A stretch of DNA of 64,000 nt, taken from contig CAZVGO010000028.1 of assembly GCA_964626755.1 (NCBI GenBank), positions 28,702 to 92,701 on the forward strand. The letters are read 5' to 3'. The position numbers were made by a program, and so were the translations under genes. Source of the DNA: an uncultured Anaerolineaceae bacterium. GTDB lineage: Bacteria; Chloroflexota; Limnocylindria; Limnocylindrales; CSP1-4. Every line of letters starts with the position of its first letter. The first letter of the stretch is position 1. Below the pieces are notes generated by a model that was given only the letters and a program-made list of their open reading frames with translations, was not told the DNA's origin and made no database searches. Shown here piece by piece: positions 1-9,262 of the stretch.

Positions 1-836
1 TTCTCGTTGAGCAGCCGGAAGTTATCGATGTCGACGAGGGCGACCCCGAAGCCGCCGCGGCCGGCGCGCGACTCGTCTACCGCCCGAGCGACCACGTCGA
101 CGAGCGCGCCGTGGTTGAGCGTCCCGGTCAGCGTGTCACCGGAGATGGCCGCGACGAGAGCCGCGGTCTGGCTCGAGATCCGGCCCTGGGCGGAACGGAA
201 GACGAGGAACAGGACGACGCCCGCGACGAGGCCGGCGGACAACGTGACCAGGGCGATGTTCTGGCGGATCGCGTCGACGTCGGCGAGGATCGGCCCCGCG
301 TCGCGCCATACGCCGACCACCGCCAGGACGCGGCCGCCTGTGACCAGGGGGAAGTACTCGCGCAGCACGGATGCGACGGGGAGCGGCGGTCCGACGGCCT
401 CGCTGGCGGCCACGTCGTCGATCCCGGCACTGGCGCTGTCGCCGCCGAGAGCGAGGGTGAAGTCGGCACTTGGGGCTCCAACGGCGCCGCGCAGCTCCGG
501 CCGGTCCGCGGCGACGACGCGGCCGTCCGGCAATCGAAGCTCGACACGGACAATCTGGCCGGGCTCGACGAGAGACGCGAGTCGCTCTTCGAGGGCCGCC
601 TGGCGCTCCGCGCTGGGGCCGGAGGCGTCGAGGTCGTCCGGAGACACGGTGCTCCTGACGAACAACCGCACCAGGGCTGCGTCCGTGCCCACCACGGAGT
701 TGAGGGTGGTCGTCGAGAAGTGGGCAGAAACCATCACCGTCTGGGCCATCGCGGTGACGCCTACGATGATCAGGAAGATCCCGTAGACGAGCAGAAGGAG
801 GATCGGGCGTGGTAGTCGCGCTGGTGCGCCGAACAC
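1..836 (-). CDS. Membrane-anchored sensor diguanylate cyclase (GGDEF), truncated by window edge
   Basis: Not in ORF track. GTG at 836 reads MFGAPARLPRPILLLLVYGIFLIIVGVTAMAQ (TM), a second TM follows, then DTLTGTLNHGAL...VALVDIDNFRLLNE, the typical start of a GGDEF domain. The frame runs off the window. Confidence 0.8.
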   Translation of the reverse strand, partial: MFGAPARLPRPILLLLVYGIFLIIVGVTAMAQTVMVSAHFSTTTLNSVVGTDAALVRLFVRSTVSPDDLDASGPSAERQAALEERLASLVEPGQIVRVELRLPDGRVVAADRPELRGAVGAPSADFTLALGGDSASAGIDDVAASEAVGPPLPVASVLREYFPLVTGGRVLAVVGVWRDAGPILADVDAIRQNIALVTLSAGLVAGVVLFLVFRSAQGRISSQTAALVAAISGDTLTGTLNHGALVDVVARAVDESRAGRGGFGVALVDIDNFRLLNE

Positions 837-1098
837 GGTTATGTCCCCGGAGGACCCCCTCAAGCGGGCGGAACCTCGCCAAACGTACCGATCCGTACCT
901 GCCTCGCCCACGGGACGGAAGTCCCGCCGGCCCCGGCCGAAATCGGGGGCCGAGCGCGTATGGCATCCCCAGGTCAGAAGGTTACCCAGGAGTGGATCGC
1001 CATTCGTACCGGTAAGGGGCCGCCGGGAGACCCGGGCGCCCAGCCGCGTGCTCGATCGTGGGCGCGATCTCAGCCTCGGAGCGATTCAGGCGTGGATC

Positions 1099-1125
1099 GC
1101 TGGCGGAGAGGGTCGGATTCGAACC
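1099..1125 (-). repeat. Duplicated 3' end of tRNA-Ser (att-like direct repeat)
   Basis: GCTGGCGGAGAGGGTCGGATTCGAACC matches 1590-1616 (GCTGGCGGAGAGGGTGGGATTCGAACC) at 26 of 27 positions. Confidence 0.85.
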
Positions 1126-1193
1126 GGTTGATCGGCCATCGTTCGGATGTAGCATGACCGGGCGAGCCAGTCGCTGAGGGAGGGCGCCGGCCA

Positions 1194-1574
1194 ATGAAGA
1201 ACCCGGACGCGGACGCAACAACCACCGCCAAATCGCTCGCCCAGTGGCGGGAGGCAGAGCGATCGGCTGCCGTGGCGCGCCGCGGACTGCTGGCGGCTGA
1301 GGCCGCGTCAGCCGCCGCAGTCGATGCGGCCGAGGCGGCGGCAGCCACGGCCAAGGCAGCCAAGGCATCGCTCAAGGCCGCCACGCTGGCGGAGGCATCG
1401 GCAAGCAAGACCGCGAAAGCAGCCCGGCTGTCGGTCGAAACGGCCCGGGCGGACGTCGCAGACACCGAGGCCGAGACCGCGATGGCGGATGTCACCGAGG
1501 TCGAGGCGCACGATCGGTATCGCCAGGCGGCCGATCGGGCGGCCTCCCGTCGCGAGGTCGACTCAGGAGCCTGA
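1194..1574 (+). CDS. Ala-rich coiled-coil hypothetical protein
   Basis: 126-aa ORF with amphipathic Ala/Lys/Glu helical composition, lying between the two tRNA-end repeats. Confidence 0.6.
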   Translation: MKNPDADATTTAKSLAQWREAERSAAVARRGLLAAEAASAAAVDAAEAAAATAKAAKASLKAATLAEASASKTAKAARLSVETARADVADTEAETAMADVTEVEAHDRYRQAADRAASRREVDSGA

Positions 1575-1590
1575 GACGGCCCTTCGCGAG

Positions 1591-1679
<89 letters not shown>

Positions 1680-1705
1680 GCGGCCGATTGTACGGCCGGG
1701 TCCCG

Positions 1706-3046
1706 TCAGGCCCGGATGGCGTCCGCGCCCATTGCCGGGCGTAGAACTTCCGGAACCGTGATCGAACCGTCCGGCTGCTGATACGTCTCGAGGAGAGCCG
1801 CGACCGTCCGGGCGAGGGCCATCGCGGACCCGTTGAGGGTGTGGACGAGCTCCGGCTTCGCGCCAGGCTCCGGGCGGTAGCGGATCGCCATCCGGCGGGC
1901 CTGGTAGTCGCGGAAGTTCGAGCATGAGCTGACCTCGAGCCAGCGCTCGACGCCCGGCGCCCACACCTCGAGGTCGTACTTCTTCGCCTGGACGAAGCCC
2001 AGCTCGCGGGTGCTCATCAGCACGACCCGGTAGGCGAGCCCGAGCCGCTGGAGGAGCGACTCGGCGCGCGCGGTCAGCCACTCGAGCGCGGCCTCCGATT
2101 CGGACGGCTTCTCGAACAGGACCATCTCGACCTTGTCGAACTGGTGGACCCGGAGGATCCCGCGAGTGTCACGACCGGCGGCGCCGGCCTCCCGGCGGAA
2201 GCACGGCGAGTACGCCGCGTAGCGCACCGGCAAGGACGACGCGTCGAAGATCTCGTCGCGGTGGAGGTTCGTGACCGGGACCTCGGCCGTCGGGACCAGG
2301 TAGAGGTCGTCGCGGGTCACGACGTACATCTGGTCTTCCTTGTCCGGGATCTGGCCCGTGCCCCGGGCCGAGTCGGCGTTGACGACGGCCGGCGGCCAGA
2401 CCTCGGTCATGCCGTTCTCGGTGACGTGGACATCGAGGAACCAGTTGATGAGCGCTCGCTGGAGTCGCGAGCCGGCTCCCTTGTAGACGGGAAAGCCCGA
2501 GCCTGCGATCTTCGCGCCCCGGGCGTTGTCGATGATGTCGAGCGCCTCGGCGAGCTCCCAGTGCGGCTTCCGGGTCCAGGTGGCGCCACCCGCCGGCGCA
2601 TCCGCCCCGACCTCACCGCTGAGCGGCTGTTCGCGGGGCAGCTGGTCGCCCCACGTCCGCACGGTGACGTTCGCCTCGAGGCCTCCGACCGGCACATCCG
2701 GATCGGCCGGGTTCGGAATCCGGAGGAGGAGCTCGTCGAGCTCGGCTTCGACCTTCGCGAGCTCCGCGTCGATCGCCGCGATCCGCTCGCCGGCCTTCGA
2801 GGACGCTGCCTTGAGCTTCGCCACCTCCGGGTCGCCGGCAGCCGCTCCGCCCTTCATCGCCTCGCCGATCCGCTTCGACGCGGCGTTCCGCTCTGCCTTC
2901 AGCGTGTCGCCCTCGCCGAGCAGCGCGCGGCGGCGTTCGTCGGCGGCGATCGCGTCGTCGACTGCCGCGGGGTCCTCGCCCTTGTCGACGGCGCCCTTGC
3001 GGATGATGTCAGGCTCGTCGCGCAGCCGCTGCAGCCCGACGCTCAC
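1706..3046 (-). CDS. serS: Serine--tRNA ligase
   Basis: LVPTAEVP, FRREAG, RVHQFDKVEM, EVSSCSNFRDYQARR and TLNGSAMA motifs. The GTG start overlaps the lysS stop (GTGA). Confidence 0.97.
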   Translation of the reverse strand: MSVGLQRLRDEPDIIRKGAVDKGEDPAAVDDAIAADERRRALLGEGDTLKAERNAASKRIGEAMKGGAAAGDPEVAKLKAASSKAGERIAAIDAELAKVEAELDELLLRIPNPADPDVPVGGLEANVTVRTWGDQLPREQPLSGEVGADAPAGGATWTRKPHWELAEALDIIDNARGAKIAGSGFPVYKGAGSRLQRALINWFLDVHVTENGMTEVWPPAVVNADSARGTGQIPDKEDQMYVVTRDDLYLVPTAEVPVTNLHRDEIFDASSLPVRYAAYSPCFRREAGAAGRDTRGILRVHQFDKVEMVLFEKPSESEAALEWLTARAESLLQRLGLAYRVVLMSTRELGFVQAKKYDLEVWAPGVERWLEVSSCSNFRDYQARRMAIRYRPEPGAKPELVHTLNGSAMALARTVAALLETYQQPDGSITVPEVLRPAMGADAIRA

Positions 3047-4653
3047 GACGACGCCTTCACGGTGGAGCCCGCGGCCTCGCGCAGCCGCGCCCGGACGAAC
3101 TCCGGTTCGAGGCTCGCGAGGAGCCAGCCGGCCCGCGGCCCGTTCGGGCGGCCGAGGAACGCCCGGTAGATCGCCTCGAACGCGCGCCGCGCCGCCACGT
3201 CCTTGTCCTGTGCCGCGAGGAAGATCCGCCCCTGCCACGCCTCGCCGCTCAGCGTCGTCCCGGGTTCATCCGCCGCGTCGGCCAGCGCGCCGAGGAACCG
3301 CCGCTGGGCGTCGTCGAGGTCCGCGGCCTCGGCCGGAAGTCCGTCACGGCGGACGACGAGCCGGGCGGCCTCGGGCGCGTATTCGCCGAGCCACGCGCGG
3401 GCGGACGCGGTCCGTTCGTCGAGGATCTCGCGCTCGCGCCCGGTCAGCGGTGCGCCCTTCTCGGCGGCGACCCGCTCCCCGATATCGACGCCCGGCACCT
3501 GGAGGAGCATCGCGAGATGGGCGAACGGCGGCCGGAACGCCGCCGCCTCGGCCGCGACGTCGGCGTCGGGCGAGAGGAGCGAGTAGCGGAAGATCTGCTC
3601 GTGGCCGGCGGGCAGCTCGCCGTGGACGTCCCGCCCGGCGGTCGCGGCGGCGAACTTGTCGAAGTCGTCGAACAGGCGCGGGACGGCGTCCGTGCCCTGC
3701 GGATCGAACTCGATCACCTGGTTCGGTCGCGGCCGGATGAACAGGAAGCGGAGCAGCTCAGGCGGCAGGACATCCGCGATCCGATGGGCGGCGGCGCCCC
3801 GACCCTTCGACGTCGACATCTTCTGGCCGCCGATGTTGAGGAACTCGTACGGAACGTTGAGCGGCGGCTCGCGCTCGAAGACCTCGCGCGCGATCGCATC
3901 GGACCGGTCGCGCGACCCGCCCTTCGTCGAGAGGTCCTTGCCGTTCGGCTCGATCGTCACCCCGAACAGCGACCACTGGGCCGCCCACTCGAGGTTCCAG
4001 GGCAGCTTCGCCCGGCCGCCGAACGGCGAGACCCAGCCGGAATGGCCGCATCCCTTCGCCCAGGTCACGAGGTTCGGCCGGCACTCGTAGAAGACCCGCT
4101 CGCCGTCCCACTTCGTCACGATCGTCGTCCCGACCTTGCCGCAGTTCTCGCACACAACACCGATCGGGTGCCATGTCTCGGGGTGTCGAACGTTCGCGAC
4201 CCGGCGGTAGATGTCGCGGACGACATCGGCCCGATCGAGCGCGAGGCGGATGTACTTGTCGAGATCGCCCGTCGGGTAGATCTCGCTCATCCAGTAGTAG
4301 CGGTCCGGATGGATCCCGAGCCGGGCGAAGATGTCGATGAACACCTGCGCGTGGTGGCGGCCATACGAGGCGTGGCCGTCGGGCTCCTGGTCCGGGATCT
4401 GGGCGAGCGGCCGGCCCATCGCGCCTTCGACCGCGTCGGGCGTAAGGAGCGCCTGGGCGTCCATCGGGTCCATGTCGTCGACGCCGTAGAGGTACGTCGT
4501 CGCGATTCCGTTCGCCCGCAGGGCTCGGACGATGACGTCGAGCAGGACGGGGCCGCGGAGGCTGCCGACGTGGACGGTCCCCGACGGAGTCTTCGAGTCG
4601 TTGACGACCTGCGGGCCGCTGACTCGTGCTGCTAGCTCATCCGCCCAGTCCAT
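3043..4653 (-). CDS. lysS: Lysine--tRNA ligase, class I
   Basis: SKTPSGTVHVGSLRG (HIGH-like), DDMDPMD, KLPWNLEWAAQW, EPNGKD and KMSTSKG motifs of class I LysRS. Confidence 0.95.
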   Translation of the reverse strand: MDWADELAARVSGPQVVNDSKTPSGTVHVGSLRGPVLLDVIVRALRANGIATTYLYGVDDMDPMDAQALLTPDAVEGAMGRPLAQIPDQEPDGHASYGRHHAQVFIDIFARLGIHPDRYYWMSEIYPTGDLDKYIRLALDRADVVRDIYRRVANVRHPETWHPIGVVCENCGKVGTTIVTKWDGERVFYECRPNLVTWAKGCGHSGWVSPFGGRAKLPWNLEWAAQWSLFGVTIEPNGKDLSTKGGSRDRSDAIAREVFEREPPLNVPYEFLNIGGQKMSTSKGRGAAAHRIADVLPPELLRFLFIRPRPNQVIEFDPQGTDAVPRLFDDFDKFAAATAGRDVHGELPAGHEQIFRYSLLSPDADVAAEAAAFRPPFAHLAMLLQVPGVDIGERVAAEKGAPLTGREREILDERTASARAWLGEYAPEAARLVVRRDGLPAEAADLDDAQRRFLGALADAADEPGTTLSGEAWQGRIFLAAQDKDVAARRAFEAIYRAFLGRPNGPRAGWLLASLEPEFVRARLREAAGSTVKASS

Positions 4654-4693
4654 GCCGCGTATTGTGCGCGGCGGGGTGCGACCCGCGCGCCGC

Positions 4694-5158
4694 CTAGGTG
4701 ATCCCGACGATCTTGTAGGTGAAGTCGCCCGCGGGGACGCGGACGAGGACCTTCTCGCCCTTCTTCTTGCCGAGCAACGCCCGTCCGACCGGGCTCTCGT
4801 TCGAGATGCGGCCCTCGGTCGGCTTCGCCTCAGCCGACCCGACGATCGTGAACGACTCCGACCCGTCAGGGCTCTCGACCGCCACCGTCGAGCCGATCTG
4901 GACGTGATCGGTCGAGTGGTTCTCCTCGATGATCGTAGCGTTCTTGATCAGCGCCTCGAGCGTCTGGATCCGGCCCTCGACGAACGCCTGCTCGTTCTTG
5001 GCGTCCTCGTACTCGGCGTTCTCCGAGAGGTCGCCGTGCTCCTTGGCGTCGTGGATCCGCGCCGCGACCTCGGGCCGCTTGACGGTGGTCATCTCGTCCA
5101 GCTCCGCGCGGAGCTTCTCGAGACCCTCTTTCGACAGGTAAGTCGGCTTGTTGTTCAC
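4694..5158 (-). CDS. greA: Transcription elongation factor GreA
   Basis: HGDLSENAEYEDAKNEQAFVEGRI and ISNESPVGRALLG motifs. Confidence 0.97.
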   Translation of the reverse strand: MNNKPTYLSKEGLEKLRAELDEMTTVKRPEVAARIHDAKEHGDLSENAEYEDAKNEQAFVEGRIQTLEALIKNATIIEENHSTDHVQIGSTVAVESPDGSESFTIVGSAEAKPTEGRISNESPVGRALLGKKKGEKVLVRVPAGDFTYKIVGIT

Positions 5159-5277
5159 GTGGGTGCGCCCCCAGGCGGTTGAGCGGGCGGCTGGCGGCCG
5201 AGACCGCAGCCATCGGATATGGAAAGAACTCCAGGTCTCCGCGGTCGTCGCGAGCCTGAAGTTCGAGCCGGTGGCGG

Positions 5278-5306
5278 AGTCTAGCGCGGCCCGGGAAGGG
5301 TGTCAA
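5278..5306 (-). promoter_or_regulatory. Sigma70-type promoter for greA
   Basis: TTGACA-N17-TAGACT on the minus strand, about 120 nt upstream of the greA start. Confidence 0.8.
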
Positions 5307-5308
5307 AG

Positions 5309-5330
5309 GTCCCGGCCGGGCGGCCGGGAC
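5309..5330 (-). terminator. GC-rich hairpin, probable terminator downstream of argR
   Basis: GTCCCGGCCG/CGGCCGGGAC inverted repeat, followed on the minus strand by only a short CTTT. Confidence 0.5.
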
Positions 5331-5348
5331 GGCTATTCGTGCCATCTA

Positions 5349-5482
5349 CCCAGGCGGCGGGTGATAGGCGGCTCGGAAGCCTGAAGGGATGCCCGCGACG
5401 GTCGAAAGTAGCCACCAGCGGCTATGGATTGCGCGGCTTCTCCCTTCGCGGCCGTCTAACCCCCACGGGGTGAATATCTGGG
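5349..5482. ncRNA. Candidate structured RNA (long irregular hairpin), family unassigned
   Basis: Nested complementary blocks CCCAG/CTGGG, TAGGCGGC/GCCGTCTA, GAAGGGA/TCCCTTC and GTAGCC/GGCTAT. G-U pairs favour the + strand. Confidence 0.35.
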
Positions 5483-5487
5483 GGAAG

Positions 5488-5958
5488 TCAGCGCCCGCCG
5501 GCCAGGCCTGCGAGGCGGCGCTTGACGCGCTGGAGGGAGCCCCGGTCGGGAACGGCAACGAACACGGTGTCGTCCCCGGCGATCGAGCCCGCCACCTCCG
5601 GCCAGCGTGCCCGGTCGAGCGCGGCGGCAATGGCGTGGGCCGATCCTGGCAATGTCCGCACGATCAGCAGGAGGCCTGCCTCCCGGACCTCGACCGGCAG
5701 GTCCGCCAGCAGCTTCCGGAGGCGATCCTCCCCGGATGTCTCCGCCTCGACCAGGCGGGGCGGCAGTGCGTAGGCCTGGGTGCCCTCGCGGGTGGCCTTG
5801 ATGAGTCCGAGCTCGGCGACGTCGCGGCTGATCGTCGCCTGGGTCGTCTGGAAGCCGCGTTCCCGGAGGGCCGCAGCCAGCTCCTGCTGGGTCCGGACGG
5901 GCCGCTGAGCGACGAGGTCGCGAATCGCCCGCTGGCGGAGCTGCTTCATGACGACCAT
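5488..5958 (-). CDS. argR: Arginine repressor
   Basis: TQQELAAAL..TQATISRDVAEL winged HTH and C-terminal RTLPGSAH..GSIAGDDTVFV. An alternative start lies at 5949. Confidence 0.95.
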   Translation of the reverse strand: MVVMKQLRQRAIRDLVAQRPVRTQQELAAALRERGFQTTQATISRDVAELGLIKATREGTQAYALPPRLVEAETSGEDRLRKLLADLPVEVREAGLLLIVRTLPGSAHAIAAALDRARWPEVAGSIAGDDTVFVAVPDRGSLQRVKRRLAGLAGGR

Positions 5959-5975
5959 TGCGGCCGGTCCCCGCC

Positions 5976-6809
5976 CTACCGCGCCAGGCCCAGCCAGGCG
6001 ATGACGACGACGGTGGCGAGGATGGCGCGGTAGACGACGAAGACGTGGGTCGGGTGCGATCGGAGGAACCGGAGGAGAAACGCGATTGCGGCGAACCCGG
6101 CGACGAGCGAGGCGACCAGCCCGGCGACGAGCGGCAGCAACGCTACCTCGACGCCGCTTTCCCCGATCAGGACTTTGCGGGTCTCATAGGCACCGGCGAG
6201 GGCCGTGATCGGGGTCGCCATCAGGAAAGAGAAACGAGCGGCCGATTCGCGATCGAGGCCGGCGAACAGGCCGGCCGAGATCGAGATTCCCGACCTTGAG
6301 ATGCCCGGGATCAGCGCAATCGCCTGGGCCCCGCCGATCCCGATCGCGGCGCGGAACGTCAGTCCGTCGATCCCCCGCCGGCGCGAGCCGTTCCGTTCGG
6401 CGAGCCACAGGATCGCCCCACCGATGACCAGCATGAGCGCGACGAGGCCGACCTGCCGGAACCGCTCCTCGATGAGATCGTTGAGCGCGAACCCGACAGC
6501 CAGCGCGGGTACGGTGGCCGCCGCGAGCAGCCACGCCAGGCGGCGGTCCGGGTCCTCGCCGAACGAGCGGTCACGGAGCGCAGCGAGACCGGCCGGCACG
6601 AGCCGCAGCCAGTCCGCGCGGAAATAGGCGAGCAAGGCGACGAGCGTGCCGAGATGGAGCATCACGCTGAACTCGAGCGACGTGATGAACGGGTCGTCCC
6701 AGCCGAGCAGGAACGGGACCACGATGAGGTGTCCGGAGCTCGAGACCGGGAGGAATTCCGTCAGTCCCTGGACGATCCCCATGACCAGGGCCTGCAGGAC
6801 GACGTCCAT
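5976..6809 (-). CDS. uppP: Undecaprenyl-diphosphatase
   Basis: GIVQGLTEFLPVSSSGHL and PGISRSGISI motifs. Confidence 0.95.
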   Translation of the reverse strand: MDVVLQALVMGIVQGLTEFLPVSSSGHLIVVPFLLGWDDPFITSLEFSVMLHLGTLVALLAYFRADWLRLVPAGLAALRDRSFGEDPDRRLAWLLAAATVPALAVGFALNDLIEERFRQVGLVALMLVIGGAILWLAERNGSRRRGIDGLTFRAAIGIGGAQAIALIPGISRSGISISAGLFAGLDRESAARFSFLMATPITALAGAYETRKVLIGESGVEVALLPLVAGLVASLVAGFAAIAFLLRFLRSHPTHVFVVYRAILATVVVIAWLGLAR

Positions 6810-6827
6810 CAGGCTTGCGGCGACGCC

Positions 6828-9035
6828 CTAACGAATAAAGAGCGGGGCCAGGACCAACGTGATCGTGGCGAGCAGCTTGACGAGAACGTGGAGCGACGGT
6901 CCGGCCGTGTCCTTGAACGGATCGCCGACCGTGTCTCCGACGACGGCCGCGGCATGGGCGGGCGAGCCCTTGCCGAGGACGTTGCCGTTGTCGTCCTTGA
7001 GGTTGCCGGACTCGATGTACTTCTTGGCGTTGTCCCACGCGCCGCCGCCGTTGTTCAGGACCGTTGCGAGCAGGACACCGGCGATCGTCCCGACCATCAG
7101 CATGCCGGCCACCGCCTCCGCCCCGAGCAGGAGCCCCACGATGATCGGCGTCGCGACCGCGACGAGGCCCGGGGCGATCATCTCCTTGAGCGCCGCCCTG
7201 GTCGTGATGTCGACGACCCGCGCATAGTCCGGGCGCTGGGTGTAGTCCATGATCCCGGGCATCTCGCGGAACTGGCGGCGAACCTCGACGATGATCGCCT
7301 GCGCCGTCGTGCCGACGGCCCGGATCGCGAGCGACGAGAAGAAGTACACGAGCATCGCCCCGATGAGCGCGGCGATGAACACGCTGACGTCGGCCAGGTT
7401 GACCGACGCGAGGAGCTCTTCACCGCGCCGGCCCTGGATCAGGTTGACCTTGTCGATGTAGGCGCTGAACAGCAGGAACGCGGCGAGTGAGGCCGAGGCG
7501 ATCGCGTAGCCCTTGGTCAGCGCCTTGGTCGTGTTGCCGACGGCGTCGAGCCGGTCGGTGATCTCGCGTGCACCCGCCTCGGCACGGCTGAACTCGGCGA
7601 TCCCGCCGGCGTTGTCAGTGATCGGGCCGAACGTGTCCATCGCGAGGATGTACGCGGTCGTCATGAGCATGCCCATGGTCGCGACGGCCGTGCCGAAGAT
7701 TCCGCCGACGTCGCGCCCGTCGGCCGTGGTGATCCCGGCCTGCGAGCCGAGCCAATGGCTGGCAAAGAGCGCGATGCCGATCGTGATCGCGGTGACAAAG
7801 GTCGTCTCGAACCCGACCGCAGTGCCGCTGATGATGTTCGTCGCCGGGCCCGTCTTCGACGCCTCGGCGATCGCGCGCACCGGCCGGAACGTGCCGGCGG
7901 TGTAGTACTGGGTGATGTACACAAACGCGACGCTCGTCGCGAGGCCGACGACGCCCGCTCCGAAGTAGTAGACCCACACGGGCAGGCCGCTCGGGGCGGT
8001 GCCGCTCGTCTGCATCATCACGTTCGTCGTGTACAGGAGGGCCGCGACCGACAGGAGCGTCGTGACCCAGTAGCCGCGGTTGAGGATGTTCATGGGGTTC
8101 TCGTCCTCGCGGCCGCGGATGAAGAACATCGCGACCATCGTCGCGAAGAGACCGAAGCCGCGGATGACGAGCGGGAAGAAGACCCAGGCCTCCGGGTTCG
8201 GCCAGCCGCTGTCGCGGGCGATGACGAACACGCCGACGCCGAGGATCATCGCGCCGATGTTCTCGGCCGCCGTCGACTCGAACAGGTCGGCACCACGGCC
8301 CGCGCAGTCGCCGACGTTGTCACCGACGAGGTCGGCTATGACGGCCGCGTTCCGCGGGTCGTCCTCGGGGATCCCCTTCTCGACCTTGCCGACGAGGTCC
8401 GAGCCCACGTCCGCGGCCTTCGTGTAGATCCCGCCGCCGAGCTGGGCGAAGAGGGCGACGAACGAAGCGCCGAAGCCGAAGCCGACGATGAGAAACGGTG
8501 CGTCGTGGAGCGACTCGGGGCTGCCGAGCCCGCCATACGCTGCGAAGATCCCCCACACGCCGAGGAGCGAGAGCGCGACGACGAGGAAGCCGGAGACTGC
8601 CCCGCCGCGCATCGCCACCTGGACCGCCTCGACGAGGCTTCGACGTGCCGCGGCCGCGGTCCGGACGTTCGACCGCACGCTGATATACATGCCGATGATC
8701 CCGGAGGCCATCGAGCATGCCGCGCCGACGAGGAACGCGACCCCTGTTCGCCAGCCGAGATCGAAGCCGAACACATTCGTGTCCGCGACTTCCTGCGTCT
8801 CGAAGATCGTGATCACCGCCCCGATGACGACCGCGCCGACGAGCGCGAGCAGCCCGATCGTCGAGTACTGGCGGCGAATGAACGCGACGGCTCCCTCGAA
8901 GATGGTCCCGGCGACGTCCTGCATCTCCTTCGTGCCCTGATCGCGCGACAGCACGTCGCGGGCGAGGTAGAGCGCGAACAGGACCGCCCCGAGGCCGGCC
9001 AGGGGGATGATCAACTGGAGCTGGTCGGCGTCCAT
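6828..9035 (-). CDS. hppA: Membrane-bound proton-translocating pyrophosphatase (K+-independent type)
   Basis: GGGIYTKAADVGSDLVGKVE, DNVGDCAGRGADLFE, GPITDNAGG and GDTVGDPFKD motifs. GNTTKA carries the Lys diagnostic of K+-independent enzymes. Confidence 0.95.
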   Translation of the reverse strand: MDADQLQLIIPLAGLGAVLFALYLARDVLSRDQGTKEMQDVAGTIFEGAVAFIRRQYSTIGLLALVGAVVIGAVITIFETQEVADTNVFGFDLGWRTGVAFLVGAACSMASGIIGMYISVRSNVRTAAAARRSLVEAVQVAMRGGAVSGFLVVALSLLGVWGIFAAYGGLGSPESLHDAPFLIVGFGFGASFVALFAQLGGGIYTKAADVGSDLVGKVEKGIPEDDPRNAAVIADLVGDNVGDCAGRGADLFESTAAENIGAMILGVGVFVIARDSGWPNPEAWVFFPLVIRGFGLFATMVAMFFIRGREDENPMNILNRGYWVTTLLSVAALLYTTNVMMQTSGTAPSGLPVWVYYFGAGVVGLATSVAFVYITQYYTAGTFRPVRAIAEASKTGPATNIISGTAVGFETTFVTAITIGIALFASHWLGSQAGITTADGRDVGGIFGTAVATMGMLMTTAYILAMDTFGPITDNAGGIAEFSRAEAGAREITDRLDAVGNTTKALTKGYAIASASLAAFLLFSAYIDKVNLIQGRRGEELLASVNLADVSVFIAALIGAMLVYFFSSLAIRAVGTTAQAIIVEVRRQFREMPGIMDYTQRPDYARVVDITTRAALKEMIAPGLVAVATPIIVGLLLGAEAVAGMLMVGTIAGVLLATVLNNGGGAWDNAKKYIESGNLKDDNGNVLGKGSPAHAAAVVGDTVGDPFKDTAGPSLHVLVKLLATITLVLAPLFIR

Positions 9036-9183
9036 CAGGGTCTGCGGGTCCTCCAGGCGGGAACTCGGTCTGTGGGCGGGCGCCGCGGCCCATGCCGGCC
9101 GCGGGCGGGCTCCGGGGAGTGCGATCGAACCGGGCAGGGAGTCCCGCGTTACGCTTCGGGACTGGGACCTTTCAGGCGGGCGG

Positions 9184-9213
9184 AGTGTAACAAGCGCTCG
9201 GACGGCGGGTCAA
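9184..9213 (-). promoter_or_regulatory. Sigma70-type promoter for hppA
   Basis: TTGACC-N18-TACACT with a TGn extended -10 on the minus strand. Confidence 0.65.
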
Positions 9214-9262
9214 ACGCATTCCGGGCCCCAGTTATGCACTCGGTGCGATGCGAATCGGCCTG

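Noticed and set aside
7-966. ORF-track ORFs 7..786, 111..815 and 136..966
   Set aside because: They are shadow frames of the GGDEF gene on the minus strand (<1..836), which has recognisable motifs.
5349-5482. Assignment of the greA-argR hairpin as 6S RNA
   Set aside because: It is shorter than typical 6S, and the conserved closing-stem and central-bubble signatures could not be matched. It is kept only as an unassigned candidate.
9228-9240. TTATGCA half ARG-box-like site near the hppA promoter
   Set aside because: It is a single half-site with no paired 18-bp box, so chance is likely.
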